Assembly: GCA_029219385.1 (NCBI GenBank)
Contig: JAQXTH010000021.1
Span: forward strand, 10,499-74,498
DNA length: 64,000 bases
From: Prevotellaceae bacterium
Lineage (GTDB): Bacteria; Bacteroidota; Bacteroidia; Bacteroidales; Bacteroidaceae
Reading direction: 5' to 3'
The position numbers were made by a program, and so were the translations under genes. Positions within the stretch are counted from its first letter, which is position 1, and every line of letters begins with the position of its first letter. The notes under the pieces are model-generated. The model made no database searches and was not told the DNA's origin. It saw nothing but the letters and a program-made list of their open reading frames with translations. Below, in pieces: positions 9,544 through 17,662 of this stretch.

Positions 9544-10569
9544 ATGGCTCTAATTGACAACATTCCCGCCCTTATAGAAGAAATAAGACAACTTAACGCA
9601 AACAACGCAGAGGAACTCGAAACTCTCCGCATTAAATATCTTAGCAAAAAAGGTCTTGTTCCACAACTCATGGGCGAGTTTCGCCAAGTTGCTCCCGAGC
9701 GTAAACGCGAACTCGGAGTGGCTATCAACAACCTGAAAACCGAAGCGCAAAACCGCATAAACGAACTGCGACAAAAAATCGAAGACACACAAGAAATAAC
9801 AGAACGCCCCGACCTGACGCGCACCTCATATCCGACCCCTCTGGGAACACGCCACCCCATCAGTCTCGTGAGAGAAGAGATTATAGACATTTTCTCGCGT
9901 CTGGGTTTCTGCTTGGCCGACGGTCCGGAGATAGAAGACGATTGGCACGTATTTTCGTCGATGAACTTTCCCGAAGACCACCCTGCCCGCGATATGCAAG
10001 ACACGTTCTTTATCGAGTCTCATCCCGACATCATCTTGCGCACCCACACAAGTTCGGTGCAAAGCCGCGTGATGGAAAGACAAAAACCGCCCATCAGAGT
10101 GATTTGTCCGGGACGCGTTTATCGCAACGAGACAATCAGCGCGCGCGCCCACTGTTTCTTCCACCAGGTGGAGGGGTTGTATATTGACGAAAATGTTTCA
10201 TTCACCGACCTCAAACAAGTGTTGCTGCTCTTCGCACAAGAGATGTTTGGCCGCAACACCAAGATACGCCTCAGACCAAGTTACTTCCCCTTCACCGAAC
10301 CTTCTGCCGAAATGGACATCAGTTGCAACATCTGTGGTGGCAAAGGTTGCGCATTTTGCAAAAACACCGGTTGGGTGGAAATACTCGGTTGCGGTATGGT
10401 AGATCCCGCTGTGCTCGAAGCCAACGGCATAGATCCCGACAAATATACGGGATATGCGTTTGGAATGGGAGTGGAGCGCATCACAAACCTAAAATATCAG
10501 GTGAAAGACCTCAGACTCTTCTCCGAAAACGACAAACGTTTCCTCGAAGAGTTCATAAGCGCAAACTAA
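9544..10569 (+). CDS. pheS: Phenylalanine--tRNA ligase alpha subunit
   Basis: Starts MALIDNIPALIEEIRQL; the track ORF is extended upstream by a TTG. Class II motifs FPEDHPARDMQDTFF, RTHTSSVQ, GRVYRNE and FGMGVERI. Confidence 0.93.
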   Translation: MALIDNIPALIEEIRQLNANNAEELETLRIKYLSKKGLVPQLMGEFRQVAPERKRELGVAINNLKTEAQNRINELRQKIEDTQEITERPDLTRTSYPTPLGTRHPISLVREEIIDIFSRLGFCLADGPEIEDDWHVFSSMNFPEDHPARDMQDTFFIESHPDIILRTHTSSVQSRVMERQKPPIRVICPGRVYRNETISARAHCFFHQVEGLYIDENVSFTDLKQVLLLFAQEMFGRNTKIRLRPSYFPFTEPSAEMDISCNICGGKGCAFCKNTGWVEILGCGMVDPAVLEANGIDPDKYTGYAFGMGVERITNLKYQVKDLRLFSENDKRFLEEFISAN

Positions 10570-10596
10570 ACCTTTTCATCACACCACACTCCACGA

Positions 10597-11736
10597 TTGA
10601 TGACAGATTTTTTCAGACATACAATCGAACAACTGCTGCTCTCAACAAACTTGGGAGCAGCAACAGTCTCCACACTCCTCATGCTTTCGCTCATTGTGGT
10701 CAACGCTTTGATATGCGTGGTAATAGGAGTAGTATGTCAGTTTGTAATCTTGCCTCTTTCACATGCCATAGTGAAACGCACCAAAACAAAACTCGACGAC
10801 ATATTTCTTAACTCGCGCTTTCTCAAAGCATTGAGCCGCACCATTCCAAACCTTGCATTCATGGCCATGTTGCCCGGCTGCCTGCCCGAAGGTACGACCG
10901 AAGCACCGTTGACATATATCATTGTGAAACATATTGCCGACACATTGGTGACTCTCTCGTTTGTGTGGGTAATTGCCGCGATGCTCAACAACATCAGAGA
11001 CTATGCAAACCACAGCAACACATTCAGAAACTATCACATTGACGGAATTATTCAGTTTCTGAAACTTATGGTGTATTTCATCGGACTGGTGATAGTCATA
11101 TCTTTCATTATCAACAAAAGTCCTATCACGCTCTTTGCCGGTCTCGGTGCAGCAGCGACTGTCATGATGTTGATTTTTAAAGACAGCATTCTCGGTTTGG
11201 TGGCTTCAATACAGATTTCGCTCAACAAGATGATAAAAAAAGAAGACTGGATTATCATCGACAGCAAAGGAGTGAACGGAGTGGTGGAAGAGGTGAACCT
11301 CACCACGGTGAAAGTACGCAACTACGACAACTCGGTGTCTATGATACCGCCCTATTCTTTAGTGTCGGAGTCGTTTCAAAACTGGGGGTGTATGCACGAG
11401 GTGGGGAAAAGACGTGTGATGCGCAGCATTCTGATTGATTCCCACTCCATTCATTTCACTGATGAGCAACACACCACCACAAACCTTGCCCTCTTTCGTC
11501 ATCACGCTGAGGAATATTTGAGAAACCACCCCAACGTGGCTCAAAACGAATGGCTTATGGCTCGCGAACTCGAACCAACTGCCCACGGACTGCCCTTGCA
11601 ACTGTGGTTTTATCTCAACATCACCGAGTTTGTTCTATACGAACAGACTGCCGCCGAAATAATGGAATATCTCATCGCCTCGCTGCCTAAATTTAACCTT
11701 AAAATATATCAATATTCACTGCCTCTGCCAAACTAA
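10597..11736 (+). CDS. MscS-family mechanosensitive ion channel
   Basis: 379 aa. N-terminal TM helices, then the MscS beta-domain signature IKKEDWIIIDSKGVNGVVEEVNLTTVKVRNYDNSVSMIPPYSLVSESFQNW. Confidence 0.8.
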   Translation: MMTDFFRHTIEQLLLSTNLGAATVSTLLMLSLIVVNALICVVIGVVCQFVILPLSHAIVKRTKTKLDDIFLNSRFLKALSRTIPNLAFMAMLPGCLPEGTTEAPLTYIIVKHIADTLVTLSFVWVIAAMLNNIRDYANHSNTFRNYHIDGIIQFLKLMVYFIGLVIVISFIINKSPITLFAGLGAAATVMMLIFKDSILGLVASIQISLNKMIKKEDWIIIDSKGVNGVVEEVNLTTVKVRNYDNSVSMIPPYSLVSESFQNWGCMHEVGKRRVMRSILIDSHSIHFTDEQHTTTNLALFRHHAEEYLRNHPNVAQNEWLMARELEPTAHGLPLQLWFYLNITEFVLYEQTAAEIMEYLIASLPKFNLKIYQYSLPLPN

Positions 11737-11760
11737 TTTTTGCTTAAATTGGTCACAACG

Positions 11761-11800
11761 CAAAAAGCCCCGGACGCGAAACTCGCATCCGAGGCTTTTT
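11761..11800. terminator. Bidirectional rho-independent terminator between the convergent mscS-like and GH3 genes
   Basis: CAAAAA-GCCCCGGA...TCCGAGGC-TTTTT. The stem has one mismatch plus an inner GCG/CGC pairing. An A-run lies upstream and a T-run downstream. Confidence 0.7.
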
Positions 11801-11871
11801 CAACAATATAAGTAATGGTATGTTATATCTTTCACGAAACAGTGACGCGAGAAACAAACCGACATTTCAAA

Positions 11872-14076
11872 CTACTTGAGTTTAAAGGCAACCTTGCCCC
11901 TGATGTCGCGCGAAGAGGCTCCGACAAGTGCCTCAAAATCACCCGGCTCGGCAACCCACTCATGTTTTTTGTCATCAAAATAACTCAAAGCATCGCGACC
12001 AATCTTGAAGGAGACTTCACGCTCTTCACCCGGATTTAACTCAACGTCTTTAAACCCTTTGAGTTCCTTGATAGGACGAGGCAGACTGCTCTTGAGATCT
12101 GATATATATAGCTGCACAATCTCGCGTCCCTTCACAGTGCCGGCGTTTTTCACCCTAAGAGTGATTGTCAGGCTGTCTGTAGGAGAAATGGTCTTCTTGT
12201 CTGCCTTGAGAGAAGAATACTTAAATGTTGTGTAACTCAAACCGTGGCCAAAAGGAAACAATGGCTTCACGCCTTCTACACGTCCATCAGCACGATAGCC
12301 AACAAAAATCCCTTCTTTGTATTCTTCCACCTTGTCGGTATAGGCATCGAGGCGATGAGCACCAACGTCTTCGAGTTTTTCGGGCCATGTGAATGGCAGT
12401 TTTCCGCTCGGTGCAACATCACCGCTCAACACTGCGGCCAAAGCATTGCCGGTTTCGCTACCCAAATACCAAGCCTGCACAATGGCACCAACCTTGTCGG
12501 CCCAAGGCATGGCAACAGCCGTGCCCGAAATATTGACAACCACAAGATTTTTATTTACCTTAGCCAACTCAGAAATGAGCGAATCTTGCTTGTATGGCAG
12601 ATTGTATGTGCGTCGGTCACCACCTTCACAATCTTGTCCCCAACTCTTGTTGAGACCTCCGATGAAAACCACATAATCGGCATCGCGCGATTCTCTCACC
12701 GCCTCGTCGACCAATTCACTAAAAGAGCGTGTTTCCTTGAGGTTCTGACCGGTGGTGACACCATTATACTCACCACCTATGTCACCTACATAACCTCTAA
12801 TCCATTTTACAGAGGCTTTGCCACCAAAACGGTTTTGCAATCCGTCGAGTGGATTGATTTCGCGCTGCACCTTGAGCGAACTGCTTCCTCCACCCACGGT
12901 CATCTTTTTCACAACATTCTCGCCCACGAGAACTATCTTTTTGTTTTCTCCTTTGATGGGCAGAATGTTTCCCTCGTTTTTCAATAAAACAATACCGTTT
13001 TGCGCAATGGTGCGCGCGGCATCATAATGTTCCTCGCTGTTGATACAGCCTAATGGCCGATTGCGGTTGAGAGTTGTGTGGAAATGGAGGCGCAACACCC
13101 GACGCACTTTGTCGTCTAAGTCCGCCTGAGAGTATTTTCCGCTCAGAATGCCATCGAGAAACGGAAATGCGAGGTGGTAGTTGTCGTAGGAGCGTTTGGC
13201 ACGTCCCGACAAACCGTTGGTGCCGGTGCCGAACTCAAGGTCAAGTCCGTTGGTTGCGGCCTCATCGGTGACATGGGTTCCGCCCCAATCGCTCACCACG
13301 GCTCCGGGCCACTCCCATTCTCCTTTGAGAATATCTTGGAGCAAACGTTTGTTGTGGCAGGCATATTGTCCGTCTACCTTATTATATGAAGCCATGAGAG
13401 ACCAACTGTCGCCCTCGGTCACTGCCATTTTGAATGCAGGCAAATATATTTCATATAATGCACGATCGTCCACTCTTACATCAACAACGTGGCGTCCCCA
13501 CTCTTGATTATTAAGACAAAAATGCTTTACACATGCAGCAACACCCACACTCTGCACTCCCTTGATATATTGCACGGCCAATTTTCCTGCCAAATAGGGG
13601 TCTTCGCCCATATACTCGAAATTACGTCCGCAAAGCGGAGTGCGAAAAATATTCACTCCGGGGCCAAGCAACACGTCTTTTTTGCGATAGCGCGCCTCTT
13701 CACCTATACTTACACCATAAAGGCGACCCAACTTTTCACTCCAAGTAGAGGCAAGACAAGTAAGCGAAGGAAATGCCACTATAGAGTCGTTTGTCCAACC
13801 GGCCTGATCCCATTCGTCCCATTTCACCTCAGGGCGAATGCCGTGAGGGCCATCAGTGCACCAAAGTTCGGGCACACCGAGACGAGGCACACCGGGAGAA
13901 CTGAATTTGCTCTGTGCATGAATAATTGCAATTTTCTCTTCGATGGTCATGCGACCAAGAAGGTCTTCAATCCTGTCGTCAATGCTAAGACTTTCGTCTT
14001 GAAACGGATACTTCTGCGCATAGGCACAAAAAAAAGTGCACACAGACATTGTGAGCACTATTATTTTTTTCTTCAT
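11872..14076 (-). CDS. Glycoside hydrolase family 3 beta-glucosidase (BglX-like), secreted
   Basis: 734 aa. Signal peptide MKKKIIVLTMSVCTFFCAYAQ. GH3 motifs include GIRPEV, KHFCLNNQE, GAVVSDWGG and a C-terminal fibronectin-like domain (LFPFGHGLSYTTFKYS). Confidence 0.9.
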   Translation of the reverse strand: MKKKIIVLTMSVCTFFCAYAQKYPFQDESLSIDDRIEDLLGRMTIEEKIAIIHAQSKFSSPGVPRLGVPELWCTDGPHGIRPEVKWDEWDQAGWTNDSIVAFPSLTCLASTWSEKLGRLYGVSIGEEARYRKKDVLLGPGVNIFRTPLCGRNFEYMGEDPYLAGKLAVQYIKGVQSVGVAACVKHFCLNNQEWGRHVVDVRVDDRALYEIYLPAFKMAVTEGDSWSLMASYNKVDGQYACHNKRLLQDILKGEWEWPGAVVSDWGGTHVTDEAATNGLDLEFGTGTNGLSGRAKRSYDNYHLAFPFLDGILSGKYSQADLDDKVRRVLRLHFHTTLNRNRPLGCINSEEHYDAARTIAQNGIVLLKNEGNILPIKGENKKIVLVGENVVKKMTVGGGSSSLKVQREINPLDGLQNRFGGKASVKWIRGYVGDIGGEYNGVTTGQNLKETRSFSELVDEAVRESRDADYVVFIGGLNKSWGQDCEGGDRRTYNLPYKQDSLISELAKVNKNLVVVNISGTAVAMPWADKVGAIVQAWYLGSETGNALAAVLSGDVAPSGKLPFTWPEKLEDVGAHRLDAYTDKVEEYKEGIFVGYRADGRVEGVKPLFPFGHGLSYTTFKYSSLKADKKTISPTDSLTITLRVKNAGTVKGREIVQLYISDLKSSLPRPIKELKGFKDVELNPGEEREVSFKIGRDALSYFDDKKHEWVAEPGDFEALVGASSRDIRGKVAFKLK

Positions 14077-14119
14077 AACAAACGTTTATAAAAGATTAAG
14101 TGATTAAACAGAATTACTG

Positions 14120-15310
14120 CTACTTTTTCAGCAGACCAAACTCATTGAACACCTTCACGAGGGCTTTCACTCCTCGCTCAACCTGCTCTTTGGTATGTGT
14201 TGACATAAGAGCAAACCTCACCAATGTGTCTTGTGGGGCACAGGCAGGCGGGATTACGGGATTGATGAACACACCTTCTTCAAATGCCCTTTTGGTGACA
14301 TAAAAAGTACGTTCGGTATCTCTAACATAGAGTGGTATAATCGGACTTTCGGTATCGCCTATCTCAAATCCCTCTTCGCGGAAACGAGCAAGAGCATAAT
14401 TGGTAACATCCCAAAGGTTTGTCAGTATTTCGGGTTCATTTTGAATAATATGTAACGCTTCGAGAGCTGCGGCTGTTGCAGCCGGAGTGTTGGAAGCACT
14501 GAAAATATATGTGCGGCAATTGTGGCGCAACCAATTTATAAGATATTTGTCGGCTGCAATAAAACCTCCGACGGCAGCAAGCGACTTGCTGAAAGTGCCC
14601 ATTATGAGGTCAACCTCATCTGTGAGACCGAAGTGGTCGCACACTCCACGACCCTGACGTCCGAAGACTCCCAATCCATGGGCTTCGTCAACCATAACTG
14701 TAGCATTGTATTTGTGTTTCAGTCTGATTATCTCGGGCAGATTTGCCAAATCACCTTCCATAGAGAAAACTCCATCCACAACAATCAACTTAACAGCATC
14801 GGGGTCGCATTTCTGCAACTGACGCTCAAGGTCTTCCATATCGTTGTGTTTATATTTAAGGTTTCTGCTCATGGAGAGCCTACAACCGTCGACAATGCTG
14901 GCGTGGTCGCGGTCATCGCGTATGATATAGTCATTGCGTCCCGTGAGACAGGCGATAACACCCGAATTTACGGTGAAGCCGGTAGAAAACACCAAAGCCT
15001 CGTCTTTGCCTTCAAACTCGGCAAGTTCTTTTTCGAGTTGCACATGAAGGTCTAATGTTCCGTTAAGGAAACGCGAGCCGGCACAACCGCTGCCATATTT
15101 CTCCAAGGCTTCGGTGGCAGCCTTTATCACTCTCGGGTCGCCGGGCAGACCGGTATAAGCATTTGAGCCAAACATCAACACATTTTTATTGTCAATGACG
15201 ACTTCCGTGCCTTGTTTTCCTGTTATTTCGCGAAAATAAGGATAAATGCCCGCTGCCATAAACTCCTGAGGGCGTGTAAACTGTTTCAACCTATCTTGTA
15301 ACAATCCCAT
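14120..15310 (-). CDS. spt: Serine palmitoyltransferase (alpha-oxoamine synthase, Bacteroides Spt type)
   Basis: 396 aa. Begins MGLLQDRLKQF...YPYFREITGKQGTEV...MFGSNAYTGL. Contains GSGCAGSRFLNGTLDLHVQLEKELA and the PLP-lysine motif GTFSKSL. Close recalled resemblance to Bacteroides/Porphyromonas Spt, often annotated 8-amino-7-oxononanoate synthase. Confidence 0.8.
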   Translation of the reverse strand: MGLLQDRLKQFTRPQEFMAAGIYPYFREITGKQGTEVVIDNKNVLMFGSNAYTGLPGDPRVIKAATEALEKYGSGCAGSRFLNGTLDLHVQLEKELAEFEGKDEALVFSTGFTVNSGVIACLTGRNDYIIRDDRDHASIVDGCRLSMSRNLKYKHNDMEDLERQLQKCDPDAVKLIVVDGVFSMEGDLANLPEIIRLKHKYNATVMVDEAHGLGVFGRQGRGVCDHFGLTDEVDLIMGTFSKSLAAVGGFIAADKYLINWLRHNCRTYIFSASNTPAATAAALEALHIIQNEPEILTNLWDVTNYALARFREEGFEIGDTESPIIPLYVRDTERTFYVTKRAFEEGVFINPVIPPACAPQDTLVRFALMSTHTKEQVERGVKALVKVFNEFGLLKK

Positions 15311-15462
15311 ATTTAATTATTTGTTTGTCATGCCGCCGACAATCACGGCAACAAATGGTTATACTTTTAAATAAGCCTTCAACCGATGAAAACCAAATCT
15401 TTTTTTGACAATAATAGCGATTTGATGTCAGCAAAGACTTCTGTAGGGGAGAAATCCAACTG

Positions 15463-15470
15463 CAAAATTA
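15463..15470 (-). promoter_or_regulatory. Putative -7 box (TAATTTTG on minus strand) for spt
   Basis: Plus strand reads caaaatta, about 153 nt upstream of the spt ATG (15310). This implies a 5' leader of roughly 145 nt. Confidence 0.4.
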
Positions 15471-15501
15471 ACACAAATAATCGAAAAATTATGTTATAGA
15501 C

Positions 15502-15546
15502 AAAAAAAAATGAAAAACGCCCCCTTTCCTTAGGGTCGTTTTTCAT
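15502..15546 (-). terminator. Rho-independent terminator after the lipid kinase gene
   Basis: Perfect 10-bp stem ATGAAAAACG/CGTTTTTCAT (15510-15519 / 15537-15546). On the minus strand it is followed by a T9 run (plus-strand A-run 15502-15510). Confidence 0.75.
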
Positions 15547-15641
15547 TTTTTCATAGAAATGTAATCTGTATCAAACATTTTTTGTCAGAGAAATCGCTTG
15601 CTTTTTTCAGATAAAATGCCTGCCACAACATTGACAAAAAC

Positions 15642-16655
15642 CTAATTGTCTTTTGGCTTGAAAAGACCGACTATGGTTTGACCCGCCAATTTTAAAGCTG
15701 CAGCCGGGACTGCGACCAAAGGCATTACTTGTTCACCAATGGTGCGTATAAGGGGTTCGATATGGGCCGAAGCATCCGAATTTGTTATCACTTTCAGTCC
15801 CGACGGCACTATCTTTACTTCTATAACACTCTGCGCTTTCATAGGATCACCGTCGCAATGAATCACACCGGGGTGTTGCCTCACAATTGTGAGACTGTCG
15901 GACCTAAAAGTTTTGATATGTTTTACACCTTCCTTGAATTTTCCGGTGAAAAGCATATAGGCCATCTCACCTGCCTCGATAAGTGGGAAAGGCTCAATAA
16001 CCGTAACGTCCATCAATCCATCTGTCATTGAGGCTTCGGGGGCGATATAAGCATTGTTGCCATATTGCGAAGCATTGGCAAGAGCAATACAAAAAGCCTT
16101 GTATGTCATACGCCCTTTCTTGTCGACCACGGTATATGCCTCGGGCTTATATTTAGCCAAACCTACGAGCGTGTTTTCAATGTAACTTTTCAGTCCGCGC
16201 TTGGTAGATGATGAGAATTTATAACTCACGGCAGCATCATATCCCATGCCGCAAGTGCAGAAAAAAGGACGGTTGTTTACCAATCCATAATCAAGAGAAA
16301 CAACATTTCCGTTTTTAATCAATCTCATCGCCTCACTAAAATCGAGCGGAATGCGAAGATGACGAGCCAAACCATTGCCCGAACCACATGGCACAATGCC
16401 GAGCGATGTGTCGGTGTGAACCAACGAGCGAGCCACTTCGTTAATGGTGCCGTCACCCCCTATGGCAACCACTGTGTCTACATTGTTTTCGGAAGCCATT
16501 GTGGCCAAAACTGCTCCATGACCGGCATAAGCGGTTTCACAAATACGCAAATCGTATTTGCCGCCACCAAAAAACTCGTTAATCATCGCTGCAACGATTT
16601 TCTTGGAATAACCGCCCGACACGGGGTTTATAATGAACCAGATTTTCTTCCTCAT
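15642..16655 (-). CDS. Diacylglycerol-kinase-family lipid kinase (YegS/BmrU-like)
   Basis: 337 aa. DAGK catalytic motifs IINPVSGG, VVAIGGDGTINEV and GIVPCGSGNGLAR. About 45 aa of extra hydrophobic C-terminal tail. Confidence 0.8.
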   Translation of the reverse strand: MRKKIWFIINPVSGGYSKKIVAAMINEFFGGGKYDLRICETAYAGHGAVLATMASENNVDTVVAIGGDGTINEVARSLVHTDTSLGIVPCGSGNGLARHLRIPLDFSEAMRLIKNGNVVSLDYGLVNNRPFFCTCGMGYDAAVSYKFSSSTKRGLKSYIENTLVGLAKYKPEAYTVVDKKGRMTYKAFCIALANASQYGNNAYIAPEASMTDGLMDVTVIEPFPLIEAGEMAYMLFTGKFKEGVKHIKTFRSDSLTIVRQHPGVIHCDGDPMKAQSVIEVKIVPSGLKVITNSDASAHIEPLIRTIGEQVMPLVAVPAAALKLAGQTIVGLFKPKDN

Positions 16656-16677
16656 GCTAGGTTTGTAATTTGAGTTG

Positions 16678-16685
16678 CAAAATTA
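16678..16685 (-). promoter_or_regulatory. Putative -7 box (TAATTTTG on minus strand) for the lipid kinase gene
   Basis: Plus strand reads caaaatta, 23 nt upstream of the ATG at 16655. Confidence 0.5.
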
Positions 16686-16843
16686 AATAAAAACTTTGTA
16701 AACACATTTTCTTAACAACAAATTAACACATAGTTTTGTGAAGACAAATGAACAGAGCCAAGATTGCTTGGACTATGTCATGGCGAAAAAAACGCAACTG
16801 ATAAGAATAATTAAAAATCAACAAAAGTGCAGATAAAACCAAT

Positions 16844-16886
16844 CCGGAACATTATGACGAACTATAAAAGTCGTCAAACATTCCGG
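16844..16886 (-). terminator. Hairpin downstream of the small wHTH gene (possible terminator)
   Basis: Outer stem ccggaa/ttccgg and inner stem tgacga/tcgtca, separated by a 5x5 internal loop. The U-tract on the minus strand is weak. Confidence 0.3.
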
Positions 16887-16963
16887 ACAACAAAATGAAA
16901 AGACAGTTTGGTCTCACACCTCAAACCTGAGAGGCGAACGACCAAAATGCAACTTAAAAAAGT

Positions 16964-17176
16964 TTACTTTAATTTGTAGAGATAGGGATCTTTTTCTTCA
17001 CCACTTTCAGCAACACTGACCTTGTCTTCACGCAACAACCAGCCAAGACCCAAAAGGAAATCCTTTTCTGTGAGTTTTGTGGCTTTCTTGATTGCCTTAA
17101 AAGTTAAGCCGTCTGCGTTGGCAGAAAGTGTTTCATAAATCGTTCCGGCAATTGTGCCTGCTTTTGTTTGTAACAT
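16964..17176 (-). CDS. Small winged-helix protein (DUF2582-like)
   Basis: 70 aa: MLQTKAGTIAGTIYETLSANADGLTFKAIKKATKLTEKDFLLGLGWLLREDKV. This resembles the stand-alone ~70-aa wHTH family common in Bacteroidales. Confidence 0.6.
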   Translation of the reverse strand: MLQTKAGTIAGTIYETLSANADGLTFKAIKKATKLTEKDFLLGLGWLLREDKVSVAESGEEKDPYLYKLK

Positions 17177-17303
17177 AATTGTTTTTTTTAATTGATTATG
17201 GTTTTATTTACGTTGCACGAAAAACAATCTAAGCCAAAAGACTTTTATATCTTTTTTCATGGTTTAAACCACTAAAATCTTCTTTCTCTGTTGTTTTCCG
17301 CTG

Positions 17304-17311
17304 CAAAATTA
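17304..17311 (-). promoter_or_regulatory. Putative -7 box (TAATTTTG on minus strand) about 128 nt upstream of the wHTH gene
   Basis: Plus strand reads caaaatta. It would give a leader of roughly 120 nt containing an 18-codon uORF (MKKDIKVFWLRLFFVQRK). Confidence 0.35.
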
Positions 17312-17570
17312 AGGAGGCTAAAATTTATCGCCAAGAACATTTTCTATATTTTCCGCTTTTTTCCTCCTTTTTAGAGCTTTTTCGTTCAGACTTTAATTGG
17401 AACTATTCAATTTATAACATGAATTTAGCAAAATCACCTCACAAAGGGCCTATCATTCACTTTTTTAAATACATCTAAAACAAAACACCAAGACACCCAC
17501 ACATAAACTTTTAAACAAAGTCAACACCGAATAAGACAAGAAACAACCTTATTATTTAAGTAAAAAGTAG

Positions 17571-17578
17571 TAATTTTG
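17571..17578 (+). promoter_or_regulatory. Putative -7 box TAATTTTG upstream of lon
   Basis: Exact TAnnTTTG match 85 nt upstream of the ATG at 17663. Confidence 0.5.
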
Positions 17579-17662
17579 CACTTCAATATAATTGCGTCGC
17601 CAAGCGAACGCCACAACTTTCAACTTTTTTGATTTCTATTCCCAACTGTTCAATATATAAAC

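Noticed and set aside
9429-10004. 191-aa minus-strand ORF, and the 194-aa plus-strand ORF at 42598-43182.
   Set aside because: They are antisense to pheS and uvrA respectively. Both are Arg/Ser-rich shadow frames.
12244-14091. Long plus-strand ORFs (247 aa at 12244-12987, 200 aa at 13489-14091).
   Set aside because: They are antisense shadows of the GH3 beta-glucosidase gene. No start context, promoter box or recognisable motifs.
17311-17376. AAGGAGG ... CCTCCTT inverted repeat in the wHTH/lon intergenic region, considered as an invertible-promoter (shufflon-like) element.
   Set aside because: The arms are only 7 bp with a ~46-nt spacer, and no recombinase gene is nearby. This is far shorter than known Bacteroides invertible-region inverted repeats.
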